The position numbers were made by a program, and so were the translations under genes. The notes beneath the pieces were generated by a model that was given only the letters and a program-made list of their open reading frames with translations, did not search any database and was not told the DNA's origin. Positions 1-12,581 of a stretch of DNA of 64,000 nt are shown in pieces. Origin of the DNA: Octopus sinensis. Its lineage: Eukaryota. Every line of letters starts with the position of its first letter. Within the stretch, counting starts at the first letter, position 1. The DNA lies in assembly GCF_006345805.1 (NCBI RefSeq), contig NC_042997.1, positions 92,504,001 to 92,568,000 on the forward strand, in the 5' to 3' direction.

Positions 1-33
1 AGAGAAAGAGAGAGAGAGAGAGGAGAGAGAGAT

Positions 34-87
<54 letters not shown>

Positions 88-88
88 T
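1..88 (+). repeat. (GA)n microsatellite
   Basis: Direct reading of an imperfect GA run at the window start. Confidence 0.95.
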
Positions 89-249
89 GGGGATTTCTGT
101 CTTCGCGCGCTCTGATATTTCCCACTCCATTGGATTGTATTCACATCTATAGAAATATGTGGTTAGTCCTATTTTCCAAGATGGCAATCGCTTTCGGCCT
201 TCCACATATCAAAGTATCACCGTCACTTCCAGTATAATTAAGGTTATCA

Positions 250-960
250 GTCAATGCTTCCATGACTCTGTCATTTCTCATTGACAATCATTACAATTTC
301 CGAATAGCCAGATCTAGATTTGCACATATATTTGTTGCTCATACATGCTCTTTCGGAAAGTATTGTTGCTTTCCTTGAAGTAAAACCTTCGACCGTGCCC
401 ATGAGTTAAGTTGCAACGGTTGACCCCCATCCGTCTTACATCTCATTATTAAATTTCTTATCCTGTCACTCTATTGACCATCCATATCCGACCTATATTC
501 TATGAGCTTTGGTGTATACCAAGGTTTGATTATGTCTCCAGTACTCTTTCTATACGTTAATGACCTTCGTTCTTTTACATTTCGCACCCAGGCGTCACTC
601 ATACGAAACCTTGTATGCCTTATGCCTAACCTGAATAAAGACATCCAAATAACATTCCCTGAGAATATGGCATTTTTTCTTCTTTGCTATTATAACGACG
701 CAATCGCTAAACTTATCAAGCAGAAGAAATTTTGCAAAACAACCTCCCTATACCTGAACAACAGCCAAATCCCCGCTCTATTCAAAGTCGTTATAAATAC
801 AAGCCGTTATATCTGAATATGTTTCATGTGATATCATTGCCAAACTTTTATTCCAAATATTAAATTTCTACTTTATGATAGAAAATACTTTAACCTTAAT
901 CAGTTACTGAACTTAACATCCAAAAGAAAGCATTTAGCCGATTGACAAAATTCATTCACC
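250..960 (+). pseudogene. Decayed CR1/L2/Jockey-like LINE reverse transcriptase relic
   Basis: KTFDRAH (~385-400) resembles KAFDRVWH. SFGVYQGLIMSPVLFLYVNDL (506-570) resembles [21 protein letters not shown]. Frames are broken. Confidence 0.5.
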
Positions 961-1517
961 GACATTCTATACCTACTGGTTCCAATATGTAATGTTGCTT
1001 TCTCTGACACTTTTTCTGCTAATAGCCAACCAATCCATTCGATGCATCTGTCTCCGCAATCTCCAGTCATCCTTAATGTATTTCGTTACTCAGGTTCTGC
1101 AATACACTCTTTCCTTCCTCTCCAGAACTCTGAAATTCCCATCTTTTCCTGAAGATGACGATATAGATCAATCACATTAATTTATTAGCCTAAAAGGGCC
1201 TACAAAGAGCTTAGTTGCTACCCTTTTCTCAAAATGTCAGATTTATGTTTAAGTTGGAAAGTGTTAAAGTCACTATTAAATCAATGATACTAAACACAAT
1301 TCTAGGTACCAATTTCTGGATTTGGAGAAAGTTGCGTTCTTTAATTTCATAATGGTATGTTGGCGTTTCTGCAATGTTAGTCACAGAAAGAAGCTGTTCA
1401 GCTCATATTCTTAAATAGATATTTCGATTTTTTTCACTAAATTTCTAATGCAGTGCTTAATGGTAAATGTCAGAACATGCTTACTTGAGCAGCGCAGCTT
1501 GTATAAATCCGTAATCA

Positions 1518-1690
1518 TGTATGTATGTATGTATGTATGTATGTATGTATGTATGTATGTATGTATGTATGTATGTATGTATGTATGTATGTATGATTGT
1601 ATGTATGTATGTATGTATGTATGTATGTATGTATGTATGTATGTATGATTGTATGTATGTATGTATGTATGTATGTATGTATGTATTTAT
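1518..1690 (+). repeat. (TATG)n microsatellite
   Basis: Direct reading; source of the MYVC/YIHT ORFs. Confidence 0.95.
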
Positions 1691-1692
1691 GT

Positions 1693-1990
1693 ACCTCAGT
1701 TGTTAGAGCGTCGGGCTCACAATCATGAGGTAGTGAGTTCGATTCCCTGACTAGGTGTGTGTTGTGCTCTTGAGCAAGACATTTTATTTCACGTTGCTCC
1801 AATTCACTCAGCTGTAAAAAGGAATCGTGAAGTTACTTGTGCCAAGTTGTATCCCTTTCCCTTGGATAACATCGCTTGCGTGGAGAGGGAAGTCTGGTAT
1901 GCATGGGCGGCTGCTGGTTTTTTATAAACAATCTTGCCCAGTCTTGCTCCTCGGAAGGGAACTTACTAGGTGCAAATCCCATAGTCATTC
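1693..1990 (+). mobile_element. tRNA-derived SINE, family C
   Basis: tRNA-like head ctcagttgttagagcg...gagttcgattcc followed by tcttgagcaagacattttatttcacgttgctcc. A related copy lies at ~40326. Confidence 0.6.
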
Positions 1991-2041
1991 ATGACCGAAG
2001 GGGTCTATTATACACACACATATACATACATACATATATAC

Positions 2042-2113
<72 letters not shown>

Positions 2114-2503
2114 CTATATGTATGTATGTATTATATATACATACATACATGCATGCATACATACATACATACACACATACTCACATATATATATAAGTAT
2201 ATGTATATATGTATGTATTTATGCATTTGAGAAATAAGGTTAAACACAAGTTTATTTTATAGTTTATATGCAAGTTACGCCATTATGGATGTTTGGAGCC
2301 TTGCAATAGGTGTTTCAAAAGCATTTAGATGCTCAACCACAACGGATTATTAGGGGACACTTTATTAGGTATGTGTGTGTGTGTGAGTGTGTGTGCGTGC
2401 GAGTGTATCAAAGCTACTAAAAAAGCAGCAAAAGCCCAAGGGAAGTTTGCAGTTAATATTATTAGGTGAAGCTTAAAGAAGAAAGAAAAGTTATAGAGTA
2501 ATA

Positions 2504-2538
2504 ATCTAACGTTTCGGACATTACCCTTCATCGGATAC
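2504..2538 (-). ncRNA. PLE-type minimal hammerhead ribozyme motif, CCGAUGA core, weak stem I
   Basis: Minus strand reads GGUAU CCGAUGA A GGG UAAUG UCC GAAAC GUU AGAUU. Confidence 0.45.
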
Positions 2539-4370
2539 CTGAGGTAAGTCCATGACAGACTAGGAATGGAAGGAAGGAGGAAAAGAGATAAAAAGGAGAG
2601 CCAAGAAAAACGCATGTGGGTTAGGTTCACGTGTTCGATCTCTGTTTAACAGCAAAAGTGATAGATGATTATATTAAAATAGCAAGATACACAGATTACA
2701 TACGCATACATACATATATAGGTGTAAATAAATAAATAGATAAATACACAATAGATAAATAAATACACACACATGTGTGTGAGTGTGTGTTTTATTTGTG
2801 TTGCAACGTAGAGGTTTGGAGGTACCCTTATCTCTTTTATTGATCAAGTATTTTGTAGCCGTCACTTATTCTGGTTTGTATGTGTGCATACAAGTTTGCA
2901 TATATTTGTATGTATTTAGTCTTCAAGGATATATTTTAAAGAGACATCGGTTATGTGAACGCAAGCGAATTATGTGATTGGTCGGCTGTCACCTGTTACA
3001 AACATTTAATGATTCCGTAGTAACGACTACAAGAACAATCAACCGCAGCAACAACAACAACAGCAACAACAATCAACTGCTGCAATAATTGCCATCATGT
3101 AGGAAGGAGAACGATGTCACAAAACAAATATGTTTTCTTATCTCAATTTTTAAACAACCATAGGAAGAATCGAAAAATTATATGTAAACAAATGTTTTCA
3201 AAAATCTATGCAAATAATAGCCAAGCTGTTTATTCTTTCTGTGCGTGTAAGATGTGTGCAATTGGATCTAATCATATATTTTACACTATAGCACTAATGT
3301 TTGTTTTTCAATAACAACCTTTAGCAAATCTTAAAAGTGCATTTACATTTTATTGTTTGTTACTCAATTAGTTATTTCTTGATAATATGTAGGAGGAAGT
3401 ATATTTAGTCAAACGGACAGTTTTCGGTGACGGCAGCTTTGCAAGGAATTAGGTTTGGTCATTTATTTCAGCATAATGCATTTAATTGAGTAACAGGTTG
3501 GGCCCATAGACAACTTAGAGCATCAAGCTTCTCATGCTAAGCATTTGTTGCTGTTGTTGCTGTTGTTGTTGTTGTTGATGATGATGATAATGATGATGAG
3601 GATGAAGCTGATGTTGCCGATCCCAAGCCAACTCTGATCAACATACTTATGAAGGTATCCTGACATTTTTGCACGTCTAGGACTTCATAGTCCCATGTTT
3701 GTAAAACATTGAGTTTTGATTTGAAAAAGATTTGGCTGGCATTTTTAGCTAGTCGAACAAGTCTGTAAATGCCCCCTTGCTGACTCGTTATGCCATGACG
3801 AGAAACTACTGAAAGGACCCTACGATATCCAATCTTTTCTGATGCCAATCATTCAGAATATAACTTTGCCAAAGCTGCATTTCAAAGACTGGGCTTCCTC
3901 TTTATATCCAGAAATCCGAGCGTTTAATAACATTTATTTGTACATTCAATAATGTACAAATGTAGATAAAGTTAATATGCTATTCTCAGATCCACTACAT
4001 ACATTCTTGTGTATGCACAAAATATTGCATGGATATGCTACATACACACAAAACATAAAAAAACGACAATCTTGTTAATTGTTGAATACTCATTCACCAA
4101 TACTTCAAACCCGCTAACTCACAATTGCGTTGTTTCTTTGCCTTAAATTTGTTGTTGTAACAGTTGTTATTGCCGCTCTGAAATAGCAAGTAACTTGTCC
4201 TATCCATTTAAGCCTACCCAATGCATCTACGTTTCCTCTTATCGTACAATGTCTCACATCTTTCCTGCCGAAGTCATATGGAATTGAACCTCTGAGGAGT
4301 GTAGATTATTTTGTTGTAATCTTTGCTCTCATTCTTTCAATGAGGGAATATATATATGTATATATATATT

Positions 4371-4455
<85 letters not shown>

Positions 4456-4473
4456 ATATAAACATATATATAT

Positions 4474-4516
<43 letters not shown>

Positions 4517-4549
4517 CATATATATATATATGTGTATATATATATATAT

Positions 4550-4611
<62 letters not shown>

Positions 4612-4615
<4 letters not shown>

Positions 4616-4755
4616 GACAAGCTTCTTTCAAGTTCCGTCTATCCACTCACAAGGATTTGGTAGGCTCGAGGCTATAGTAGAATGTGCCACACAGTGGGAC
4701 TGAACCCGAAACCATGTGGTTGGTAAGCAAGTTACTTACCACACAGCCACTCCTG
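4612..4755 (-). mobile_element. tRNA-derived SINE, family B (5' half)
   Basis: Reverse complement of caggagtggctgtgtggtaag...gggttcagtcccactg; same family as 8757, 13760 and 14078. Confidence 0.8.
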
Positions 4756-4845
4756 AGCCTCGATATTTTAATGTTTTATTTTGAAAATATGTTACTTTTA
4801 CATTATTTACATTTGAAAGATATTTGTTCTCATCTTGTTTGTTGT

Positions 4846-4897
4846 TAACACAACGTTTCGGCTGATTTACCTTCCAGCCTTCATCAATCAGGTGTCT
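4846..4897 (-). ncRNA. PLE-type hammerhead motif with a 4-nt duplication in the core
   Basis: Minus strand reads AGACAC CUGAU-UGAUGA A GGCUG GAAGGUAAAU CAGCC GAAAC GUU GUGUU. Stems I and II are intact. Confidence 0.65.
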
Positions 4898-4951
4898 TGG
4901 GAAATTTCGAACCTGGGTTCTCATTCCTGAGGTATTTTTCGATGTTGTTGC

Positions 4952-5012
<61 letters not shown>

Positions 5013-5543
5013 GAGTGAGAGAGCAGTGCATGCCATCAAATTGACACTGGGGTAAAATATACGAAGCCCAATATACCCATCATGACTACCCGTCTGATAA
5101 AGGTACACCAGGCACATGCATCACAACCACATGTGCGCGACATGGTGATCTGATATCAAGATAAAGAGCACATGACCTTGCAGGTGGGGCCCAGTTAGAA
5201 TTTTCTTCAGGTTGAGTAGCCAATCCCGCTCAAAAGGTCCCTGAATAAGGGTTGTTTAAGGATGTTGAAAGAACCACCCATGTTTCCAGAGGTGAATTAT
5301 TAAAACCCCAAAGAATCCCTCTCAACTACTTCTGCTCGTGATCAGAGATGCACATATCGTCAGCCACTAAGGGACATGCTCAACTGGTTAAGGTCAAACA
5401 ACTGACAAGCAAATCTGTGGTATTGAGCAGAATATTTGCTGTAGCCCATCTTTTATACCAAGACAAAACAATGTACATGATAACACTTCCAATCAGTTAA
5501 GATCAGAAGCCATGAGAGCCACTGCCTGGTACTGCATCAGGGC

Positions 5544-5547
<4 letters not shown>
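5013..5547 (-). mobile_element. ~535-bp non-coding (AAT)n-tailed retroposon (element D) inserted in an (ATT)n tract
   Basis: Reverse complement of 20703-21260 with the same 5' and 3' ends and a ~20-bp internal deletion; (ATT)n on both sides. Confidence 0.85.
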
Positions 5548-5574
<27 letters not shown>

Positions 5575-5578
<4 letters not shown>

Positions 5579-5650
5579 TCACTGCTTAGAATCGAACTCA
5601 GAATCTTGGGGTTAGCAGCCCGCGCTCTTAACCACTACACCACATACCCG
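5575..5650 (-). promoter_or_regulatory. tRNA-like head with Pol III A and B boxes
   Basis: Minus strand has A box TGGTGTAGTGG (5642-5632) and B box GAGTTCGATTC (5599-5589), followed by (AAT)n. Confidence 0.75.
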
Positions 5651-5665
5651 TTCGAAATTTCCCCA

Positions 5666-5712
5666 AGACACCTGATGAAGGCTGGAGGGTATATCAACTG
5701 AAACGTTGTGCT
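5666..5712 (+). ncRNA. PLE-type hammerhead motif
   Basis: Reads AGACAC CUGAUGA A GGCUG GAGGGUAUAU CAACU GAAAC GUU GUGCU. It is the inverted copy of 4846-4897; arms are 4799-4911 and 5651-5761. Confidence 0.7.
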
Positions 5713-6079
5713 AACAACAAACAAGATGAGGACAAATATCCGTCAAATGTAAATAATGTACATAATTCCTCATCTCTTAAATATAGAACAGTGTTACTTT
5801 TGTTCTTATTTATATTTGATCAATCCCTAGTTGCCCGGACGATACTTTGTAAATATACTCAAAAACTCAAAAGTTAAAGTAGTGAGAAGAAATATGTACA
5901 GTGAGTGATGGATATGTGTTCATGGATCAAAGTTGGTTATGCGTTCATATATAGACTTATTCTGTATTTTTCGATGAATAAATTTTCTTTATTTAAACGT
6001 TCTTGTATAGAAATTATTTCTTTACACTAATATATGGGTAAAACTGCGAAGTTTGGTTGGATATTACCTGCACATTTCT

Positions 6080-6481
6080 CTATGTGTTGCTCAAAGGAAT
6101 CTGTCTGTATTGTGTGAACCGGATCTGTTCCTTATGTAGTGTGGTTCTCCGTCTCAGTGTCATACTTGTCTGTCTTATATAGTTATGTCCACAACCTGAG
6201 CAAGTTATAACATAAATTAGATTTAAAAATGAACTACATTCTGAAAACACAAATTCATCAAATAGAAAAATCAACGCAAATCGTCGAAAAGACATCTAAC
6301 AAAGCTTTACACAATAACCACGAAACCAACAGTTAAAAAATGTGGACGCCAAAACTGTGAAACATGCCCCAACCTACTGGAAGGCTCAGAATTCCTATTC
6401 AAACAAGAAGAAAGGTTCACAATTAAAACCAACTTCACCTGTGCTTCCGGGAATCTAATTTACCTCCCATGTCCCCAATAA
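6080..6481 (+). pseudogene. Penelope-like GIY-YIG endonuclease N-terminal fragment
   Basis: 6338-6481 translates to KCGRQNCETCPNLLEGSEFLFKQEERFTIKTNFTCASGNLIYLPCPQ*, matching the CxxxxCxxC...FTCxSxNxIY motif of PLE endonucleases. Confidence 0.7.
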
Positions 6482-6778
6482 TAACGATCACCAATCACCT
6501 ATCCTTAGACTTTTCTACTTGCTGAATCATTCATTCATTCATAAACTTCTCCACATACAACATGGAGTAAAATCTTCTTAAGAAAATACGAAATTATAAT
6601 AATTTGAATTTCATGATTAGCGAAAGCAAAACCGGTCGACAAATACAATATAAAGTATATTAAAAACATATTAAAACTATGTCAAGTGTGTGTATTTTCC
6701 TTCATTTAATTTATTTCTATTTCTTGATATATATATATCACTTCAGACAGCTGCTAGATATATCACTTCAGACAGCTG

Positions 6779-6814
<36 letters not shown>

Positions 6815-7099
6815 CAGCTGTCTGAAGTGCTCACCCAAGCGTTGTACTATTGCTGAGCTTTTAGTTGAAATGCGTTGTCTAATGATTTTACTATAGAAAT
6901 GGAACAATACACAGGGCCAAAAAGAGCTTTTATTGTATCGTAGAACGCATATCATTCAAGAGTTTACCGACTATGTTAAAATTCTTATCTAACACATATT
7001 TTTTGTCACAAATCTGATAATTTTAACAGAGTGTGAAAGTTAAGTGGGGAAGAACATTTATCATCCATACCATGAGTGCCAACGAAATTTATAAAGAGC

Positions 7100-8450
7100 A
7101 AAGAATGTTCTTATAAATATCAGGGTTGTCGACTTAACCGTGACTGAGATGATCTAGCCAACAATGAGCTTCCTTATTGCACAGGTGGGTAAGACCTGTC
7201 AGCTTGGTCATGCTGTAGTCAATAGGGGCCTGTAGTGGATGCATCTATGAAATCTTATACGTATTTAGCTTTCTCTGGAAATCACTGTTGGTCAAGAGCT
7301 TTCCGATCCGTTTTTCCCAGTTCTGGTTCGATAAGACCTGTTTCACACAGCAAATTCGATGTCATAGTAGTGATGACTACTCTCAGAGTAGCTCTTTTGG
7401 AAAAAATGTGTAGTTCTAATTAAAGAGAATCCTATCTAAGAAGTGGGTGCAACGACGTCGCCAACTTCATGCGGTGTTCTTATATTCTATGTAAGAAGCC
7501 TTGATAAGGTATAGCTTTCTACAGGTCCTCAGAGATGCTGTTCTCCGACCAGACATTTACTTGCATGTCTCATTTTTTGGTCACCTTTTCTAGGGCCTTT
7601 CCTTGTTGGAATGAGCAGTGGGTTCCAAGATAGGGCTGCTCAGTCACACAGCGGTCTACTGGTAACAGCTTCCATTCACTCCAAGCCACCAGAGACCGTT
7701 TCATTATACTGTTGACACATAGAGTTCTAACTAAATGCTTCCAGCACACTTAGACTCGTTCTCGTTGAAAGACTCTCCACCGCAACAGATTTTTTTACAG
7801 ACCAAATATCCATGATCTATATTGCAAAAGATGCATGAGCAATGAAGCATTGTAGTACGACTTGTGTGTGTGTGTTTGTGTTTGTTAGTTTGTGCGTGTG
7901 TATGTGTGTGTGTGTATGTATGTATGTATGTACGTGTGTGTGTGTGTCTGTGTGTGCGTGCGTGTGTGTGTGTGTGGTATGTTCCCGAGTATAACTATCT
8001 TCGTTTAGAAAAAATAGATCCATGATCTAATAACAGTGATCTAAGATGACTGGTAACACCTCTCAGCTATAGAAGACTGTCGCATATCCAGTTTTATCAT
8101 AAACCAACTTAATGCTCACCGCCAGAATTCTTTCCCATCAGGATGTAACAACCTCGTAGTGATTTATAAGTGTCAGGGCATATTCACCAAAAGTCTTGCA
8201 CAGTATCTCGAGACACACAACTACTCCGAGATACATACTGCCAAGTCTGAGAGGAATCTTAGTAAGAGCTGTATGTAGGCAAGGGAAGTTCTAGCCTGGA
8301 GCAGCGAAATGACTTAATTTTTCCTCTCACACCGTCTCCGATGAAGGGATATTATTTATTAATATCCTGGAAACAGCTGTAAGACCTTCTATCTATAAAT
8401 ACTCTAATATCTATACAGCATTGGATTTTTTTTATCTTATTACGCTAAAA
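7100..8450 (+). mobile_element. Heavily decayed Penelope-like element 3' part ending in a pLTR with a hammerhead
   Basis: NNELPY, YTYLAFSGNH and TTLRVALLEKMCSS resemble PLE RT C-terminal motifs. HHR at 8334. A TG-microsatellite insert is flanked by duplicated atccatgatcta (~7808, ~8019). Confidence 0.4.
8334..8385 (+). ncRNA. PLE-type hammerhead motif, CCGAUGA core
   Basis: Reads GUCU CCGAUGA A GGGAUAUU AUUUAUU AAUAUCCU G GAAAC AGCU GUA AGAC: 4-bp stem I, 8-bp stem II, palindromic stem III. Confidence 0.7.
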
Positions 8451-8474
8451 ATTCTTATATATATATATATATAT

Positions 8475-8521
<47 letters not shown>

Positions 8522-8680
8522 CTTTAGTATTATCTTTAGTTCCTTATATATATATATACAGCTTCAAATAGCCCCACGCATGTTTATATTGCATCAATTA
8601 GTAACCGTTGCAAATACAACCTACTATAATACCGGTGCAGTTTCTTCAGGGTCTTCACTTTAATATCCTTTGATTTAACT

Positions 8681-8718
<38 letters not shown>

Positions 8719-8756
8719 ACACACACACTCACACACACACATATATATATATAGGC

Positions 8757-8892
8757 ACAGGAGTGCCTGTGCAGTAAGTAGCTTGCTTACCAGCAACATG
8801 GCTCCGGGTTCAGTACCACTGCGTGGTACCTTGGGCAAGTATCTCCTACTTCGGGCCGTGGATTTGTAGACGGAAATTGAAAGAAGCCCGTC

Positions 8893-8958
<66 letters not shown>

Positions 8959-9165
8959 AGGCGCATGTGTACTTGTCGCTTGACAGCTGATGTTGGTGTG
9001 TTTATGTCCCCGCAACTTAGCGGTTCTGCAAAAGAGACCGATAGAATGAGTACTAGGCTTACAAAGAATAAATCCTACGGTCGATTTGTTCGACTAAAGG
9101 CGGTGCTCCAGCATGGCCGCAGCCAAATGACTGAAACAAATAAAAGAATAAAAAAAAGAATACAT
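8757..9165 (+). mobile_element. SINE family B, complete with internal (TA)n
   Basis: Head caggagtg..., internal TA tract, 3' half ...gcggtgctccagcatggccgcag...gaaacaaataaaagaata. Confidence 0.8.
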
Positions 9166-9330
9166 ATATATATATATATATTATATCATGTTATATTAAA
9201 TTAGGGATAAAACCACTATTAGGCAAATCAAACAATGAAAAACATAAGCCAATACATAAAATTAATTTAATTTATATTATTTTAGATATATATCAAAAGT
9301 ATTAAAAGTTTAATAAAAGATAAAGAGTAA

Positions 9331-9424
9331 AACACTACGATCGTTTCATGGCTGTACAATTCGAATAACAATAATTTAAATTCAATTAATAATTCGAGTT
9401 ATGGTTACAGTCAATCTTCAGGTT
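9331..9424 (-). ncRNA. Hammerhead motif, left arm
   Basis: Reverse complement of 10461-10554. Confidence 0.6.
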
Positions 9425-10460
9425 AATTGAAATATCTAAAAAATAATCAGAAATATTTAAACAATATTTTAAAGATATAAATAATATAATAATTCTACGT
9501 ATAATAAACTCTATTATCAAACTAGAAACATAAAACTTAACAATTAGAATTATATCAAAATCGACTATAATGTTAAATATTAATTTTAATTTATAAGGTA
9601 GGAAACCCACCAATAATCTAATATCGGTATTAATCTATATCTAATTACATAAATATTTTAAAATGACCATTATATATAAATTATCAATGAAAATATATAA
9701 ATGTATTTAAATATTATAATTAAGATCTAAAATAATCTCTATAAATAAATATATATGCACATATAATAAAAACCTAATAAATTAATTGTTCATATTTAAA
9801 GATGAAATAGCTAATTTCAAAATACAAATAAACAAACTTAAACGAACTTTCGGAAATCTTATGTAAAATACTTATAGAAATAATCAATTCATAGTAATAT
9901 AGTATCGAATAAATACTATAAATATAATTATCAATGGGAATAACTAGCGAATATCAATTTAAAAAAACAATAACTAAGTTATGCTATTAAATTAGACATG
10001 GCCTGGACCAATCTTTAGTCGAAACTTATCTAAGTTTATCAAAGTTTATCTAATTTAATTATAAGAAATTTAAAACTACAATTAATACTATTAAAACATG
10101 TATATACAAAAGCCTAACTTTATACACCTCGTATACTTGCTATCAAACAACAAATCTATCGCTAAGTAGTATCTTACGAATAAACTTAAATTTAATATCT
10201 AATAATATAGAAAATTACGATAATTAGATCATTACATAAACAACGATATTTACATAAGGAAAATATTATTACACCAAAGACTTATATAATATTAAAATTT
10301 ACAATTTGAAGATCTTAAATATAAATAAATACTTATCTTAGCGAGGTTTAGTAATACTAAACTAATAATAATAGAGTTTATTATAAGTAAAATTATTATA
10401 TTATTTATATCTTAAAAATATTGTTTAAATATTTCTGATTATTTTTTAGATATTTCAATT

Positions 10461-10554
10461 AACCTGAAGATTGACTGTAACCATAACTCGAATTATTAAT
10501 TGAATTTAAATTATTGTTATTCGAATTGTACAGCCATGAAACGATCGTAGTGTT
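10461..10554 (+). ncRNA. Hammerhead motif with extended stem II, right arm
   Basis: Reads AAC CUGAAGA U UGACUGUA...UACAGCCA U GAAAC GAUC GUA GUGUU. Stem I is short or bulged. Confidence 0.6.
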
Positions 10555-10801
10555 TTACTCTTTATCTTTTATTAAACTTTTAATACTTTTGATATATATT
10601 TAAAATAATATAAATTAAATTAATTTTATGTATTGGCTTATGTTTTTCATTGTTTGATTTGCCTAATAGTGGTTTAATCTCTAATTTAATATAATATAAT
10701 ATAATATATTTATACTATAAAATTGGATTTAATCCTAAATTTGATTTTTCCCTGTAAGTTTGGATTTATTCCCTAATATTTTATTATTAATATATATATA
10801 T

Positions 10802-10924
<123 letters not shown>

Positions 10925-11748
10925 ATGTATGTAAGGATTGATGGATGGAGGATGTAACAATATAAATAAGCATACGCACGCGCATATACCAGCTAACTTC
11001 TAGTTTACTTATATTTTATAGTTTATTTTATATTTTATCCATTTATACTAGTAATGTATAGTGCCACAAGTTTCGCTTTGTTCGTTTTAAACACAAGTCT
11101 AACCACCAGTTATTTCTCACCAACATTTTTTAATCGCCCTTTATTTCACGAATTAAATACTCATTTCACCGCCACCACCACCACCACCACCACCACCGCC
11201 CCCTCCACCACCACTATCATTAAACTCCCTTCTTTCGCCTCTAGCTAATAGAAATCGACCACCAATATATTCATTCTATCGACACCCTGCCAGATGATAG
11301 CGAAAATATTTATATATTTTGTAATTTGTACGAATTATTTCTGTAAAAGTCTGAAATCTTACGTAATAATAGCAGACACATTGTTATAGACACGATCTCG
11401 CTACATAGAACGTGTTTCCGACACCTTTCAGTTTTATTTTAAACTTCATTTTCTTATTTTCTCCTAAAGACTAGACATGTTTACTCTTTATACAGTTTAC
11501 TTAGGTTCAGTATGTATGTATTTATGTATGTATGTATGTATGTATGTATGTATGTATGTATGTATGTATGTATGTATGAATGCATATATGTATATATGTA
11601 TATATATGTACGTACGTATGTATGTATGTATGTATGTATGTATGTATGTATGTATGTATGTATGTATGTAGGCATGTATGTATGTACAATGTACGTACGT
11701 ATATGTACATTTGTACAAATTCTTTTCTATCTATCTAGCTATGTACCG

Positions 11749-11807
<59 letters not shown>

Positions 11808-11989
11808 GTCTATCGATCGATCGATCGATTTATTCATACACGCATACATAAATATAAAAAAAATCAGTATATGACAAAGAAACAGGAGCTTACAGCTGTT
11901 TCTGTTATAAGGGGCTGAGTTCTTGTGCATCACTTTATAGTTTTTCAAAGCTTCTAAAATGAAGTACAATTTTATTTGAGAAAGCGCTT

Positions 11990-12260
11990 ACGTACATGGG
12001 AAAGATAGATGCAGCTACCTTGTGTCTGTTGCTGATGTGACACAGTATGTTGAAATCATGGGATCTGGCAGTTCCGGCGCCTGTAGCAGACGATTCTCGT
12101 CTGCCAACGATATAAATAGGTGTGTGTCTCTGCACCATACAAGAGATCCTCTCATGATGAATACTGCAGTATTAGACGCTCTAACAAAATAACCCCGTAA
12201 AGTTGGATACAAGGATTGCGTCTTAGTATTGATATTGCTTCTGGCGCAAATAATTTATAA
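11990..12260 (-). pseudogene. Possible RTE-clade LINE C-terminal relic
   Basis: Minus strand gives DLLYGAETH, resembling VLLYGAETW. Otherwise degenerate. Confidence 0.35.
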
Positions 12261-12296
12261 TTAAGACATATGCATACACACACACATATGTATATG

Positions 12297-12387
<91 letters not shown>

Positions 12388-12581
12388 TTTCACCTAGATT
12401 TCTAATGTATCAGTAACATCATATAGATTTTAAATTTTAGTAAAAATTAAAAGAAAGTATCAGTGGATCTCACTATTCTTGTTGCATAATGCATTATGTT
12501 AGAATGTCAGAGCTTCGGAGGAAGCAATAAGATGATGCAGAAGCACTCAATTCTGAGTACATTGCCTCATATAGCAGAAAC

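Larger units (their letters stand above)
9180..10712 (+). mobile_element. AT-rich 5'-truncated Penelope-like element with ~335-bp inverted pLTR arms
   Basis: Arms 9180-9517 and 10368-10712 are near-identical inverted repeats. The interior retains RKPTNNL, MGITSEYQF and TNLS-type PLE relics without an open frame. Confidence 0.7.

Noticed and set aside
3600-3900. 104-codon minus ORF next to a CAT/CAA tract, possibly an RTE 3' relic or an exon
   Set aside because: No diagnostic motif; the open frame is partly microsatellite.
5575-5650. tRNA-like sequences here and at SINE heads as true tRNA genes
   Set aside because: A and B boxes are present but there is no complete cloverleaf, and each runs into repeat bodies.
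6612-6640. Hammerhead-like remnants at 6612, ~11290, ~11893, ~23342, ~52808 and ~59470
   Set aside because: The core or stem I is broken at several positions; at best these are decayed relics.
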